Positions 9,752 through 18,745 of a stretch of 64,000 bases of DNA are shown piece by piece. Made by a program: the position numbers and the translations under genes. The DNA is from a virus. Below the pieces are notes generated by a model. That model had not been told where the DNA came from. It did not search any database and was given only the letters and a program-made list of their open reading frames with translations. Position 1 is the first letter of the stretch. Every line of letters begins with the position of its first letter. The DNA is taken from positions 5,363 to 69,362 of the IMG/VR virus record IMGVR_UViG_3300021425_000027; one strand, written 5' to 3'.

Positions 9752-10634
9752 TGAATATAACTTATTAGAATCATATATAGACTCTCCTAACTTTGAAATC
9801 TTATTAGAGAAGAATCTTACCAATGATATTGATAAAAAGATTAAGTTTGGAATAGTAATGCCTACTCATAAAATTTCTGATGGTGGTGCGCAGACCGGTA
9901 GACAAAAGTTTATGGATACTCCATCTTTACTTAGAGACTCATTAGGATCAATTAAGAATCAGAAATATGATAACTATGTAGTTTACTTAGTAGGTGATAA
10001 GTATGATGGTGATGAAGAAATTAAGGCTGTGATGGATGAAGTAATTCCTAAAGGAAAACTTAAATATCATAACCTATCTACACCAGGAGAAAGAAACAAA
10101 GGTTTTACCAAACAGCAATTTAGATATACTGCAGGATGCGGTGCTATGAATAAAGGCCTTCAGATGGCAAAGAATGATGGATGCGATTACATTGTAAGAA
10201 TTGACCATGATGATAAATGGAGCCCAGATCACTTGGAGCTTTTGGCAAAGGCATACACACAATATCCTGAATTGGCTTATGTATTTACAAGAAGCCGTAA
10301 AAAGGTAGATGCAACAAATAGTTCAAAAAAGTTTATGTATCAACCGAGAGAAGAAAGACATACTACAACAATAGAGCCTAACAATTTAGGTTATACTCAT
10401 GGTGATGTTAGTCATTCTGCGGTTTCATGGAGGCCAAGTATGTGCGGTGATTTAAGATATAGAGATGCTTCACAACAAGCAAACACTGCACCTAAAATAC
10501 CTTTATCAAAAACAAATGCAGCTGATGTTGATATGTTTAATAGAATGATGAAAGCAATTAAAGATAAAGGTCATAAGTATATGTACATACCTAGATTAAC
10601 TAGTTTCTATAGAAACAGAAAAGGTAAATTCTAA
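9738..10634 (+). CDS. GT-A (GT2-like) glycosyltransferase with an N-terminal extension
   Basis: IVMPT, AMNKGL and RIDHDDKW..DHL (DxD motif). The N-terminus reads MISFDEYNLLE. Confidence 0.8.
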   Translation: MISFDEYNLLESYIDSPNFEILLEKNLTNDIDKKIKFGIVMPTHKISDGGAQTGRQKFMDTPSLLRDSLGSIKNQKYDNYVVYLVGDKYDGDEEIKAVMDEVIPKGKLKYHNLSTPGERNKGFTKQQFRYTAGCGAMNKGLQMAKNDGCDYIVRIDHDDKWSPDHLELLAKAYTQYPELAYVFTRSRKKVDATNSSKKFMYQPREERHTTTIEPNNLGYTHGDVSHSAVSWRPSMCGDLRYRDASQQANTAPKIPLSKTNAADVDMFNRMMKAIKDKGHKYMYIPRLTSFYRNRKGKF

Positions 10635-10636
10635 TG

Positions 10637-10646
10637 AATATATAAA
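10637..10646 (+). promoter_or_regulatory. Late-type promoter AATATATAAA
   Basis: Same motif as upstream of the portal, protease, sheath and tube genes. Confidence 0.55.
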
Positions 10647-10668
10647 AAAACAATAAAAATTAACTATT

Positions 10669-10845
10669 ATGGAAAAATTCGAAGAAATCAAAGCTCTCAT
10701 GGAAGCAGTAGGAGAAGACGTTGAAAAATTCTACGTCAAAGGAAATAAAGCAGCTGCTGTTAGAATTCGTAAGTCTATGCAAGAAGTAAAAAATCTTGCA
10801 CAAGAACTAAGATTACATGTTCAAGAGACTAAGAATAATATGTAA
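10669..10845 (+). CDS. Small basic Hc1 / histone H1-like protein (58 aa), absent from the ORF track
   Basis: Translated by hand: MEKFEEIKALMEAVGEDVEKFYVKGNKAAAVRIRKSMQEVKNLAQELRLHVQETKNNM. The KFY.KGNKAA..R.RK pattern is typical of Bacteroidetes Hc1-family proteins. Confidence 0.8.
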   Translation: MEKFEEIKALMEAVGEDVEKFYVKGNKAAAVRIRKSMQEVKNLAQELRLHVQETKNNM

Positions 10846-10870
10846 AAATACCACACGTCCCAGACACCTT

Positions 10871-10910
10871 AAAAGGGCTACTATTTTAAATAGTGGTCCT
10901 TTTTTGTTTT
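10871..10910 (+). terminator. Rho-independent terminator
   Basis: aaaagggctactattt / aaatagtggtcctttt stem followed by a T tract. Confidence 0.7.
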
Positions 10911-10929
10911 TAAAAGTCCTATTTACTTG

Positions 10930-10955
10930 AAACCTTTTTAAAAACTTCTATATAA
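10930..10955 (+). promoter_or_regulatory. Class B phage promoter AAAC-N16-ATATAA
   Basis: Exact 16-nt spacer; it heads the HAD-to-epimerase operon. Confidence 0.6.
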
Positions 10956-10976
10956 TAATAAATCAGTTTGGTTTAT

Positions 10977-11528
10977 ATGGAAAGGTGCTTAATATTAGAT
11001 TTTGATGATACATTAGTTTCTACTATAGATACTCATGCAGATTCTTGGAGGCGAGCATTGGAAAGAGTCTTAAATAGAGAAATTCCAATAGAAACTATTA
11101 TGTCCGATATTAACTATGGAATGGATGTTCTATTGCAAAAATATCAATTATCCGAAAGGGAATCTCAATTGGCTCAGAAATATAAAAGACAAATTTTTTC
11201 CAAGAACCTTCATAAAACAAATGTTAATCAATTACTCCTATGGATAATTGAAAACTCAAAATTTGAAAAGGTTATAATTGCATCTAATTCATCTAGAGAA
11301 AATGTGGATAGAATTATGACTTATCATAACATTAGCCCAAATCTATTTGATCTTATTGTAACCAGAGATGATGTTAAAAATAAGAAGCCTCATTCTGATA
11401 TGGCAGATCTTATCTATAAAACATTTCCTGAATATACCTCTACTGATTTTCTTATGGTTGGTGATTCTGAAGTAGATTCAACATTCGCACTTAAAAATAA
11501 TATGAAATGCATTCTGGTAAAGTTTTAA
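10977..11528 (+). CDS. HAD-superfamily phosphatase
   Basis: DFDDTLV, ASNS, KKPHSD and VGDSEVD. Confidence 0.88.
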   Translation: MERCLILDFDDTLVSTIDTHADSWRRALERVLNREIPIETIMSDINYGMDVLLQKYQLSERESQLAQKYKRQIFSKNLHKTNVNQLLLWIIENSKFEKVIIASNSSRENVDRIMTYHNISPNLFDLIVTRDDVKNKKPHSDMADLIYKTFPEYTSTDFLMVGDSEVDSTFALKNNMKCILVKF

Positions 11529-12253
11529 TAGGAAATAGTGGAGATCGTGTTTACCTTCATGATGATAAAGTAGTTAAGGAGGCTGGTGTTTATCCTATTA
11601 AATTTAAACAGCAAATGGATTGGTTAACAAATTGTACTCATCCGAACTTTATTAAGATAAGACCTTTATCTGATACTTCATTTGAAATGGACAAGTACCC
11701 AACATGGTATGATAAAATTTGCAGTCAGCCTTTAATTAAGTCAATTGATCAATTAGATAAACTGATTCATATTGTAAATGACTTTGATGGTTATGGTGCT
11801 GATGTTGATACGAGATCCTATTTAGATAAATTGGAAGGAAGAACAGGCTATAAGTATGATGGTAAATTTGATGCAGTTTCAAAGTGGGGATTTGTTCACG
11901 GTGATCTTACTGTAAGTAACATCTTATATGATAAAGATTTCGTATTTATTGATCCTAGAGGAACAGAGGAACAGAATTACTATGATCATGGTAAACTGAT
12001 GCAATCATTTACTATGAAATATGAGTCCCATATATACAATGAGAGGAATCGTAAATACATTAAGTTTTGTAGAGAAGCCGAAAAGATTATGTATGAATGG
12101 TATGATGAATATCAACTTAAGTTCTTTTTGGCTGTTCACTTACTAGGAGCGGTTCCATTTTTTGAACTAAATGAAAGATATGAATTGGCAGGTATGTTCC
12201 TTAAGAAAGGCCACGAGCTATTTGATGAATTAGAAATTAAGTATACGAAATGA
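11507..12253 (+). CDS. APH/choline-kinase-like small-molecule (sugar?) kinase
   Basis: GNSG loop, VVK, HGDLTVSNIL, FIDPRG and YDHGKLMQS. Confidence 0.8.
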   Translation: MHSGKVLIGNSGDRVYLHDDKVVKEAGVYPIKFKQQMDWLTNCTHPNFIKIRPLSDTSFEMDKYPTWYDKICSQPLIKSIDQLDKLIHIVNDFDGYGADVDTRSYLDKLEGRTGYKYDGKFDAVSKWGFVHGDLTVSNILYDKDFVFIDPRGTEEQNYYDHGKLMQSFTMKYESHIYNERNRKYIKFCREAEKIMYEWYDEYQLKFFLAVHLLGAVPFFELNERYELAGMFLKKGHELFDELEIKYTK

Positions 12254-12897
12254 AAAAAATAGAAAACTTTAGGTATCATTACTCAAACTGCGAGTCACAA
12301 GTTAAAGAAATTAGTTCTTTATTAGAAGGTAGTGATATTTTAGATATAGGATCAAATGTAGGATTCTTTTCCGAGGCTGTTGTAAAAAATGTTAGGTATA
12401 AATCTATTCATTTATTTGAACCTAGTAAAGAGTATTATAATTATAGTAAATCTAACGTTTCATTACAAAATTCTAAAAATATATTTTTTAATAATTACGG
12501 TTTAAGTAATACCAGTTCACAAAGTATATTGTATAAATCCCCTACTGATAATATAGGCTGGAACACTTTCTATAAAAAAGATCCAAACCAAAAAGAAGAG
12601 TTTTTTAGCAAAATGATTAAAGAAACTTGTACACTTAAAAAATTAGATGATTATAAAATCAAAAATATTGACTTTATAAAAATTGATGTTGAGGGTTTAG
12701 AGCACAAGGTATTAGAAGGCGGATTAAAAATAATAAAGAAATTTAAACCTTATATTTTGGTTGAGGTAGGTTGGGGAACCTCTCACCCTGATTGGGAAGA
12801 CTGTCTTAAAGTATACAATCAATTATTTGATATGGGATATGAGAGAGTAGATTTTAAATCATATACACAAGATATTTTATTTAAACCAAAAAGATAA
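12250..12897 (+). CDS. FkbM-family methyltransferase
   Basis: LDIGSNVG, FEP, IDFIKIDVEGLE and ILVE. Confidence 0.88.
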   Translation: MKKIENFRYHYSNCESQVKEISSLLEGSDILDIGSNVGFFSEAVVKNVRYKSIHLFEPSKEYYNYSKSNVSLQNSKNIFFNNYGLSNTSSQSILYKSPTDNIGWNTFYKKDPNQKEEFFSKMIKETCTLKKLDDYKIKNIDFIKIDVEGLEHKVLEGGLKIIKKFKPYILVEVGWGTSHPDWEDCLKVYNQLFDMGYERVDFKSYTQDILFKPKR

Positions 12898-12899
12898 AA

Positions 12900-13607
12900 A
12901 TGAGTAGAGTAAGAAAGGCAATTATTTTGGCGGCTGGTAAGTCAACAAGATATGGATCAAATAAACTTATAGATCCAATTTTAGGAAAATCAACAATTCA
13001 GTACTGCATTGAATTTTGTATTGAGAATGGAATAGAAGATGCATATGTTACTATAAGCAAATCTGACTTCTTCTTTAAAAACAGAAATACAAAACTGTCT
13101 CATCCTATTATTGAAAGTTTATCTAAGTATAAGGAAAAGATAAACATTTATTATGAATTCCAAAAGGATGATGAGTATGGTCCCGGTGCTGCTATTAAAG
13201 CATGGGAAGGTAAATTCTATGAACCTTTCTTATGTCTCTTTGGTGATAATTACTACCAAGGTAATATTGGTTTAGAATACCATGATCCGAATAATACTGT
13301 TGTTACTTATAAAGATTATGAAACCAGAGCAAGAAATTTACAACTTGCTACTATCCTAGAAGATGTGGTTATTGAAAAACCTCATGGTGTAGTAAACGGA
13401 AGATACTTCTGTGGATATATGATATTTGCAAAAGAAGCATTTGATAACTTAAGCAGTATTAAATTATCAAATAGAAATGAATACGAAATTACTCATCTTA
13501 TAAACTCGATGGATAATTTAAAATTTGAAGAATTAGATATATGTTGGTACGATCTAACATATGAACAAGATAAACAGGTAATAGAAGACATTATTCAAAA
13601 TTGTTAA
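12900..13607 (+). CDS. Sugar-phosphate nucleotidyltransferase (RmlA-like)
   Basis: AIILAAGKSTRY...K, LFGDN, IEKP and SNRNEYEITH. Confidence 0.88.
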   Translation: MSRVRKAIILAAGKSTRYGSNKLIDPILGKSTIQYCIEFCIENGIEDAYVTISKSDFFFKNRNTKLSHPIIESLSKYKEKINIYYEFQKDDEYGPGAAIKAWEGKFYEPFLCLFGDNYYQGNIGLEYHDPNNTVVTYKDYETRARNLQLATILEDVVIEKPHGVVNGRYFCGYMIFAKEAFDNLSSIKLSNRNEYEITHLINSMDNLKFEELDICWYDLTYEQDKQVIEDIIQNC

Positions 13608-13608
13608 T

Positions 13609-14874
13609 ATGAAAGAGAATGTAAAAAAGATTGGCTTTTTTAAATTAGGTAAAGCCATTAAGTTTAATGAAAACAGTTGGAGCGCAATTGGTGGAGATTG
13701 TGAACCTAAGCAATTAATTTGTTCAATTGCAAATAGAAATCCTAATATTGAATATTGGTTATTAAGCCCTAATGATTTAGGAAAGTTTAGAGCAAAACAA
13801 AAACCAAAAGTAAATTCTTTATTTGGTCCTCCGCAAACGGATGAACCTACTGTGCCTAATAATATTAAGGAATTTCACTCTACTATGAAGGAGAGAAAAT
13901 CAACCGAGGAGAGCGTTGAAATAATTAAAGGTTTAGATTTAGATTACATTTTCTTTTACACTGGCCCTACTAGCACTGTAAACATCCCAGAGTATATTAA
14001 TAAGAAAGATGGTACAGGGCAAGTTAAATCGTTAGACTTCTTTAAGTATTATGCAGCTCCAATTATCAAAGCAATGAATGAATTGGAAAAGAAAGTTCCT
14101 ATTGTTGGATTACTTGTAGATAACCGATACATTCTTGCTTGTAAGGATTGGGGAATTAATAATAGACCTACATATTACTTAGCACAGAATACTTTTACTA
14201 AAGAAGAAGAATATTTTTGCAATCCTCCATTAAGGGATACTGCAAAGATAACTTCAACATATGAATATTCTGGCATTGAAACAGTATTCCTTTTGGATAA
14301 GAAAAGATATAACACCGATGAGTTGTTTGAAATGAAAAAAACAAATTCATTTATGATGTTACAGAACCAAGGAAAGGGATCAGGTGGTATGGATCGCTGG
14401 GATCCAGTAAAAGAATATATTGTTGATCAAAATATTGAAACTGATATCTATGGTAAATGGGATGATGAGATTAAAGAAAAATATCCTGATTGGTTTAAAG
14501 GTGAAACTAGAATTGAAACAATGACCGATGAACTTTTAAGTACTAAATATACCTTTTGCGTTCCTATTAAAGAAGGTATGGTCACTTCTAAATATGCAGA
14601 AATGCTACACTATGGTATAATACCTTTCTTACACCCGTCATACGATACTGACTTTAATGTGTTCCCTGAAGGTCACTTTATCAGATGTAAATCACCAGAA
14701 GATCTTAAAAATAAAATTGAATTCTTAAATGCAAACCCGGAGCATTATAAGAAATTATTTTACAACCTCCAAGAAAAGTATCTTAAAGATTCTTATTACA
14801 CCGGAGAGCATGTAGATAACAAAATCTGGGAAGCCTATGAACGTGTAACAAAAACTGAAACTATAAATGTATAA
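13609..14874 (+). CDS. GT-B glycosyltransferase resembling T4 DNA beta-glucosyltransferase
   Basis: Colinear matches to T4 BGT recalled from memory: KIGFFKLG/KIAIINMG, LLVDNR/LFTDIR, NNRP/KNRP, YEYSGIE/FEYFPIE, DIYGK/EFFGN, VTSKYAEM/ITLRVWET and YDT/FDT. Confidence 0.65.
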   Translation: MKENVKKIGFFKLGKAIKFNENSWSAIGGDCEPKQLICSIANRNPNIEYWLLSPNDLGKFRAKQKPKVNSLFGPPQTDEPTVPNNIKEFHSTMKERKSTEESVEIIKGLDLDYIFFYTGPTSTVNIPEYINKKDGTGQVKSLDFFKYYAAPIIKAMNELEKKVPIVGLLVDNRYILACKDWGINNRPTYYLAQNTFTKEEEYFCNPPLRDTAKITSTYEYSGIETVFLLDKKRYNTDELFEMKKTNSFMMLQNQGKGSGGMDRWDPVKEYIVDQNIETDIYGKWDDEIKEKYPDWFKGETRIETMTDELLSTKYTFCVPIKEGMVTSKYAEMLHYGIIPFLHPSYDTDFNVFPEGHFIRCKSPEDLKNKIEFLNANPEHYKKLFYNLQEKYLKDSYYTGEHVDNKIWEAYERVTKTETINV

Positions 14875-15889
14875 TTCTGAAACTAAAATCCTAGTCACTG
14901 GTGGAGCTGGGTTCGTTGGTACAAATTTTATCAATGATTTATTAAATAGAGGTCATAATCCTAAATGTATTGCTGTTATTGACAATATGGAACACGGTAC
15001 TTACATACCTAAGGTACATGATCAAATAGAAAATTTTCATAAAGTAGATATTAGAAACCAATATGTAGAAAATATCATAGAAGAATTTAAACCTGATTAT
15101 GTATATCATTTTGCAGGTTTAGTTTCAATTTATGACTGTAATGAAGATCCATATGAAGCAGTTGATAATAATATCTTAGGTAGCATTAATGTAATGAACG
15201 GTTGTGTAAAGGCTGAGGTAAAGAGAATCATCTTCAGTGAAACTTCTGCCGTTTATGAAAATGAAATTATGCCTGATGACGGATTTAATGAAACACAGTC
15301 GGATCCTACTACTGTATATTCTACGACTAAGGCATGTCTTGCATTATTAGCAGAATCTTACCAGAGGACTAAAGGATTAAATTATACTGCTTTAAGATAT
15401 TTTAATGTAGCTGGTCCTTTACAAGACTATAATAGAACTATCCCTCCAGTGTTCGCAGGATTTATTTTAAGAATTAAAGGTGGTCATAATCCTATTGTAT
15501 TCGGTGACTATATGAAAGCCAGAGATTACATTGATGTATCAGATGTTAATGCTTTCCATATTCTTTGTATGGAAAATGAAAATACTGCAAACCAAACATT
15601 TAACTTAGGTACAGGTAAGATGACCAACTTAATGGAACTCAAAAATATGATAGGTGATATTATGGGTGTTGGTGAAGTACCATTTGATCACTATGATCCA
15701 ATTGCAGGTGAAGCTTTAAATATCAGAGGAGATATCTCTAAAGCAAAATCTATGGGATGGGAGCCTAAGAAAGATATAAGAGATACCATCAAGGAAACTA
15801 TTGTTTATCTTGAAAATGAAATAGCTGAAGGTACAATTGATCCTTTAACATTCATGGAAGATTTAGAAATTGAAAAAGTAAAAATCTAA
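14867..15889 (+). CDS. NAD-dependent nucleotide-sugar epimerase/dehydratase
   Basis: TGGAGFVG, HFAG, YSTTK (YxxxK), LRYFNVAGP, ARDYIDVSD and FNLGTG. Confidence 0.9.
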   Translation: MYNSETKILVTGGAGFVGTNFINDLLNRGHNPKCIAVIDNMEHGTYIPKVHDQIENFHKVDIRNQYVENIIEEFKPDYVYHFAGLVSIYDCNEDPYEAVDNNILGSINVMNGCVKAEVKRIIFSETSAVYENEIMPDDGFNETQSDPTTVYSTTKACLALLAESYQRTKGLNYTALRYFNVAGPLQDYNRTIPPVFAGFILRIKGGHNPIVFGDYMKARDYIDVSDVNAFHILCMENENTANQTFNLGTGKMTNLMELKNMIGDIMGVGEVPFDHYDPIAGEALNIRGDISKAKSMGWEPKKDIRDTIKETIVYLENEIAEGTIDPLTFMEDLEIEKVKI

Positions 15890-15962
15890 TTAAATAACAG
15901 AATTTACAACAGGAGGTTATTCTGAGTTTAAAGAATCTTATTATAATAAAAAAACATAAATT

Positions 15963-17225
15963 ATGAGTAAAGAATTAAAATGGGGTACTATAATTCCACT
16001 GATTGGTGGTAGTGCTATAGGATGTAAAAAATCTGCAGGTAACGAGCCTGCATTTCATTTAAGTTATGATGCATTTGCTGCTAATGAAAGTCATATTGAA
16101 AAATATTGGCCAGATGTACCAATGTATCGCCTAGATCATGAAGAGGTTGAAATACCTCAACAAACTTTTGATGGGGTTGATTATGTAAATTCAGTATGTC
16201 CCTGTGCTGGTCTTTCACAATTAAATTCTGCAAAAGGAACTGCTGCATCAAGAGGTTCAGGTGCTACTCAAAATAAATGGATGTATGATTCGTCAGAATA
16301 TATTTTGGAACATGTAAAACCTAAAGTTCTTTGGGGTGAAAATGCGCCAGGCCTTTTTACTAAAATGGGTGAAGGCGTAGTTAATAGACTAAGGGAAATT
16401 GGTGAAAAACATGGGTATAGTTTTTCTCTCATTAAAACAAATACTGAATTACATGGAATACCTCAGCGGAGAATGAGAACGTTTTATTTCTTTTGGAATA
16501 CTCCTACTGTACCAATGTTAAGTTGGAAATTTAGAGAGAAGAAAAAGCTTATTGATTACTTAAATGAAATTCCTGAAGATGCTACCCAACAGGATATGTT
16601 TATGGTTGAAGGAAAGGTCAGTGATCACTTTAAGCCTTATGAATATGTTTTAGAAAAAGAAGGTATGACGCATGCTGAATTTGCAGCTGAATTTAAAAAA
16701 GGTACTATTGCACAATATTTGGAAAGTAATGATTTAATTGATGATTGCATTAAATGGCTAGAAAAGAATTATCCTAAAACAGGATTTTCAAATAAAAAAT
16801 CTACAAAGACTTTTATTGATATGTTAGAACACCAGAAATATAAAACAAGCCAAGGTTTAGGTTATTGGGATGCTTCTCCACATTTCTTTCATGATTCTTT
16901 TTCTGCTCTTATAGGTAGAAATATGTTTAATGGTGTTCACCCCGTTGAAAACAGATATCTAAATGTAAGAGAAATGTTACACTTAATGGGATTACCTTTA
17001 GATTTTGAAATTGAATCTTCTCGCCAAGTTAATCACATTGCGCAAAATGTACCTGTTACAACTGCTATGGATATGGCAGACGAAGTAAAGAAATTTTGTA
17101 ATGGTGAAGCTAAGATGACAAATTACACATTCTTAAAGCAAGATAATACTAATCATAAAGTAATTCAAGCCGAGGAGATTGGAGCAGAACCTAAGAAAAA
17201 ATACAAAGTAAAAAGTATAATTTAA
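15963..17225 (+). CDS. DNA cytosine-C5 methyltransferase-like protein with an atypical SAM-binding motif I
   Basis: Motif IV CPCAGLS, VI GENAP, VIII GIPQRRMR, IX RYLNVREMLHLMGLP and X IAQNVP. Motif I reads IIPLIGG instead of FxGxGG. Confidence 0.82.
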   Translation: MSKELKWGTIIPLIGGSAIGCKKSAGNEPAFHLSYDAFAANESHIEKYWPDVPMYRLDHEEVEIPQQTFDGVDYVNSVCPCAGLSQLNSAKGTAASRGSGATQNKWMYDSSEYILEHVKPKVLWGENAPGLFTKMGEGVVNRLREIGEKHGYSFSLIKTNTELHGIPQRRMRTFYFFWNTPTVPMLSWKFREKKKLIDYLNEIPEDATQQDMFMVEGKVSDHFKPYEYVLEKEGMTHAEFAAEFKKGTIAQYLESNDLIDDCIKWLEKNYPKTGFSNKKSTKTFIDMLEHQKYKTSQGLGYWDASPHFFHDSFSALIGRNMFNGVHPVENRYLNVREMLHLMGLPLDFEIESSRQVNHIAQNVPVTTAMDMADEVKKFCNGEAKMTNYTFLKQDNTNHKVIQAEEIGAEPKKKYKVKSII

Positions 17226-17227
17226 TT

Positions 17228-18232
17228 ATGAAAGATAATGCAGTTGCAATAGGAATATCAAGCCTAGAGTTTACTAATATCTTATGTAGTTATTATCCTA
17301 AAGGGATTAAAGAAAAATTTGACATTTATCTGTTTGTGGATGATACTAAAATAGACTTAGATAAACTTAAAAATATTTTTAATGAACATAATTTACAGAT
17401 TTTTAAAGATGCTAAAATAATTATCTTAAATGATCTTTATCAATATTACATAAAGAAACATGGTTATGAAGGGCTTTCTAAAGAGTTTTTATTAAAGCAT
17501 GGTTGTTTGTTTAAGATCTTAATGCCAATTTATCTTAAAGAAAAATTTGGAGTTAAAAGAACATATGTTTCAGATGACGACGTGTTTATTCTAAATGACT
17601 TAAGTTATATGTGGGATGAGTATAAAGAATTTGGAATAAAGAAGGAAAATTTATTTTACATTAGAAATAAAAATAAGTATGATGTAATGAATGCCTTTAA
17701 TGAAATTTTTGAATCTGATTTTACTTTAGATCAAATGAATAGTCTTTCTATAAATGCAGGTAATATTATTTATGCAGAAGATCCTAAACTAGAGTATTAT
17801 TTTGAAAGGTTTGTAAAACACCCGTTTATACATCATATGTTTTTTGATTTTAGCGGGTACACAAGCTGGACAGTAGAACAGAGATTCCACCATTTTAATA
17901 TGCATAGGTATTTATCAGAGGGTAGGGAAGTTAAATTTTTACAGAGTAAAGATTTAAGATTAATGCAAAATCTTGATAAAGATATGAAAGCAGGCACCCC
18001 ACCTGAAAAATATCTTAAGGTAGTTATGCCTTCTATAATTCATTATGCAATAGGTACAAAAAAGCCTTTATGGCTTAGAGATTTTTTGCCTGGTTTAAAA
18101 TGGAGGTTTGGGTTTACATACAAACCTAAATATGAATTAAAAGATATCTTATATAATAAATCATGGTTTCCTCCATCATTTAAGAGCGTACAGAAAAAAG
18201 GAAAAGAATATTCAATAAAATCAGTATTTTAA
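17228..18232 (+). CDS. Putative GT-A (GT8-like) glycosyltransferase
   Basis: YVSDDDVFIL (DxD), INAGNII, EQ and IIHYA...KP. Confidence 0.6.
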   Translation: MKDNAVAIGISSLEFTNILCSYYPKGIKEKFDIYLFVDDTKIDLDKLKNIFNEHNLQIFKDAKIIILNDLYQYYIKKHGYEGLSKEFLLKHGCLFKILMPIYLKEKFGVKRTYVSDDDVFILNDLSYMWDEYKEFGIKKENLFYIRNKNKYDVMNAFNEIFESDFTLDQMNSLSINAGNIIYAEDPKLEYYFERFVKHPFIHHMFFDFSGYTSWTVEQRFHHFNMHRYLSEGREVKFLQSKDLRLMQNLDKDMKAGTPPEKYLKVVMPSIIHYAIGTKKPLWLRDFLPGLKWRFGFTYKPKYELKDILYNKSWFPPSFKSVQKKGKEYSIKSVF

Positions 18233-18233
18233 A

Positions 18234-18704
18234 ATGAAGACATTAAAAACAATTACAACAGCAACATTTAAGATGGATGTCGGTGACATCACATTCAGAC
18301 TGTTTGACGAAACGCCAATACAAACCACAACCTTTATTATGCATGCAAAATCCGGTAACTTTAAAGGGATGGACTTTTTTAGAGTAGAGCCTGGTTTTAT
18401 TATACAATCTGGTCCTAAGGAAGGTACAGCAGGTGGCTCTATGTGGGATGAAATTGAGCCCCCTAGGAGAATTAAAGATAACAACACACATTTCTTTGGT
18501 ATATTAAGTGCGGCTAATGCAGGTAGTCCAAATTCTTCTATAGGTGGATATTTTATATGCGTAGGTGGGAGACACAATGTTAGCTTTTTGGATAAAAAAT
18601 ATACATCGTTTGGTCACATTATGAGTGGGTGGGAGTATATAGAAAAAATAGAAAAGGGTGATATTGTTAATGATGTCATTATTAATACATATACATTAAA
18701 CTAA
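18234..18704 (+). CDS. Cyclophilin-type peptidyl-prolyl isomerase
   Basis: FFRVEPGFIIQSGP, GILSAANAG.PNS, LDKKYTSFGH and IEKGD. Confidence 0.88.
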   Translation: MKTLKTITTATFKMDVGDITFRLFDETPIQTTTFIMHAKSGNFKGMDFFRVEPGFIIQSGPKEGTAGGSMWDEIEPPRRIKDNNTHFFGILSAANAGSPNSSIGGYFICVGGRHNVSFLDKKYTSFGHIMSGWEYIEKIEKGDIVNDVIINTYTLN

Positions 18705-18723
18705 GTAACTAATATCAATATAA
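18698..18723 (+). promoter_or_regulatory. Class B phage promoter AAAC-N16-ATATAA
   Basis: Exact 16-nt spacer upstream of the putative clamp gene. Confidence 0.6.
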
Positions 18724-18745
18724 TAATAAACAAATTAATTTCACA

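Noticed and set aside
15890-15962. Intergenic AGGAGG inside a weak inverted repeat before the methyltransferase
   Set aside because: Too far (about 45 nt) from the start codon to be an RBS and too weak to call an ncRNA or terminator.
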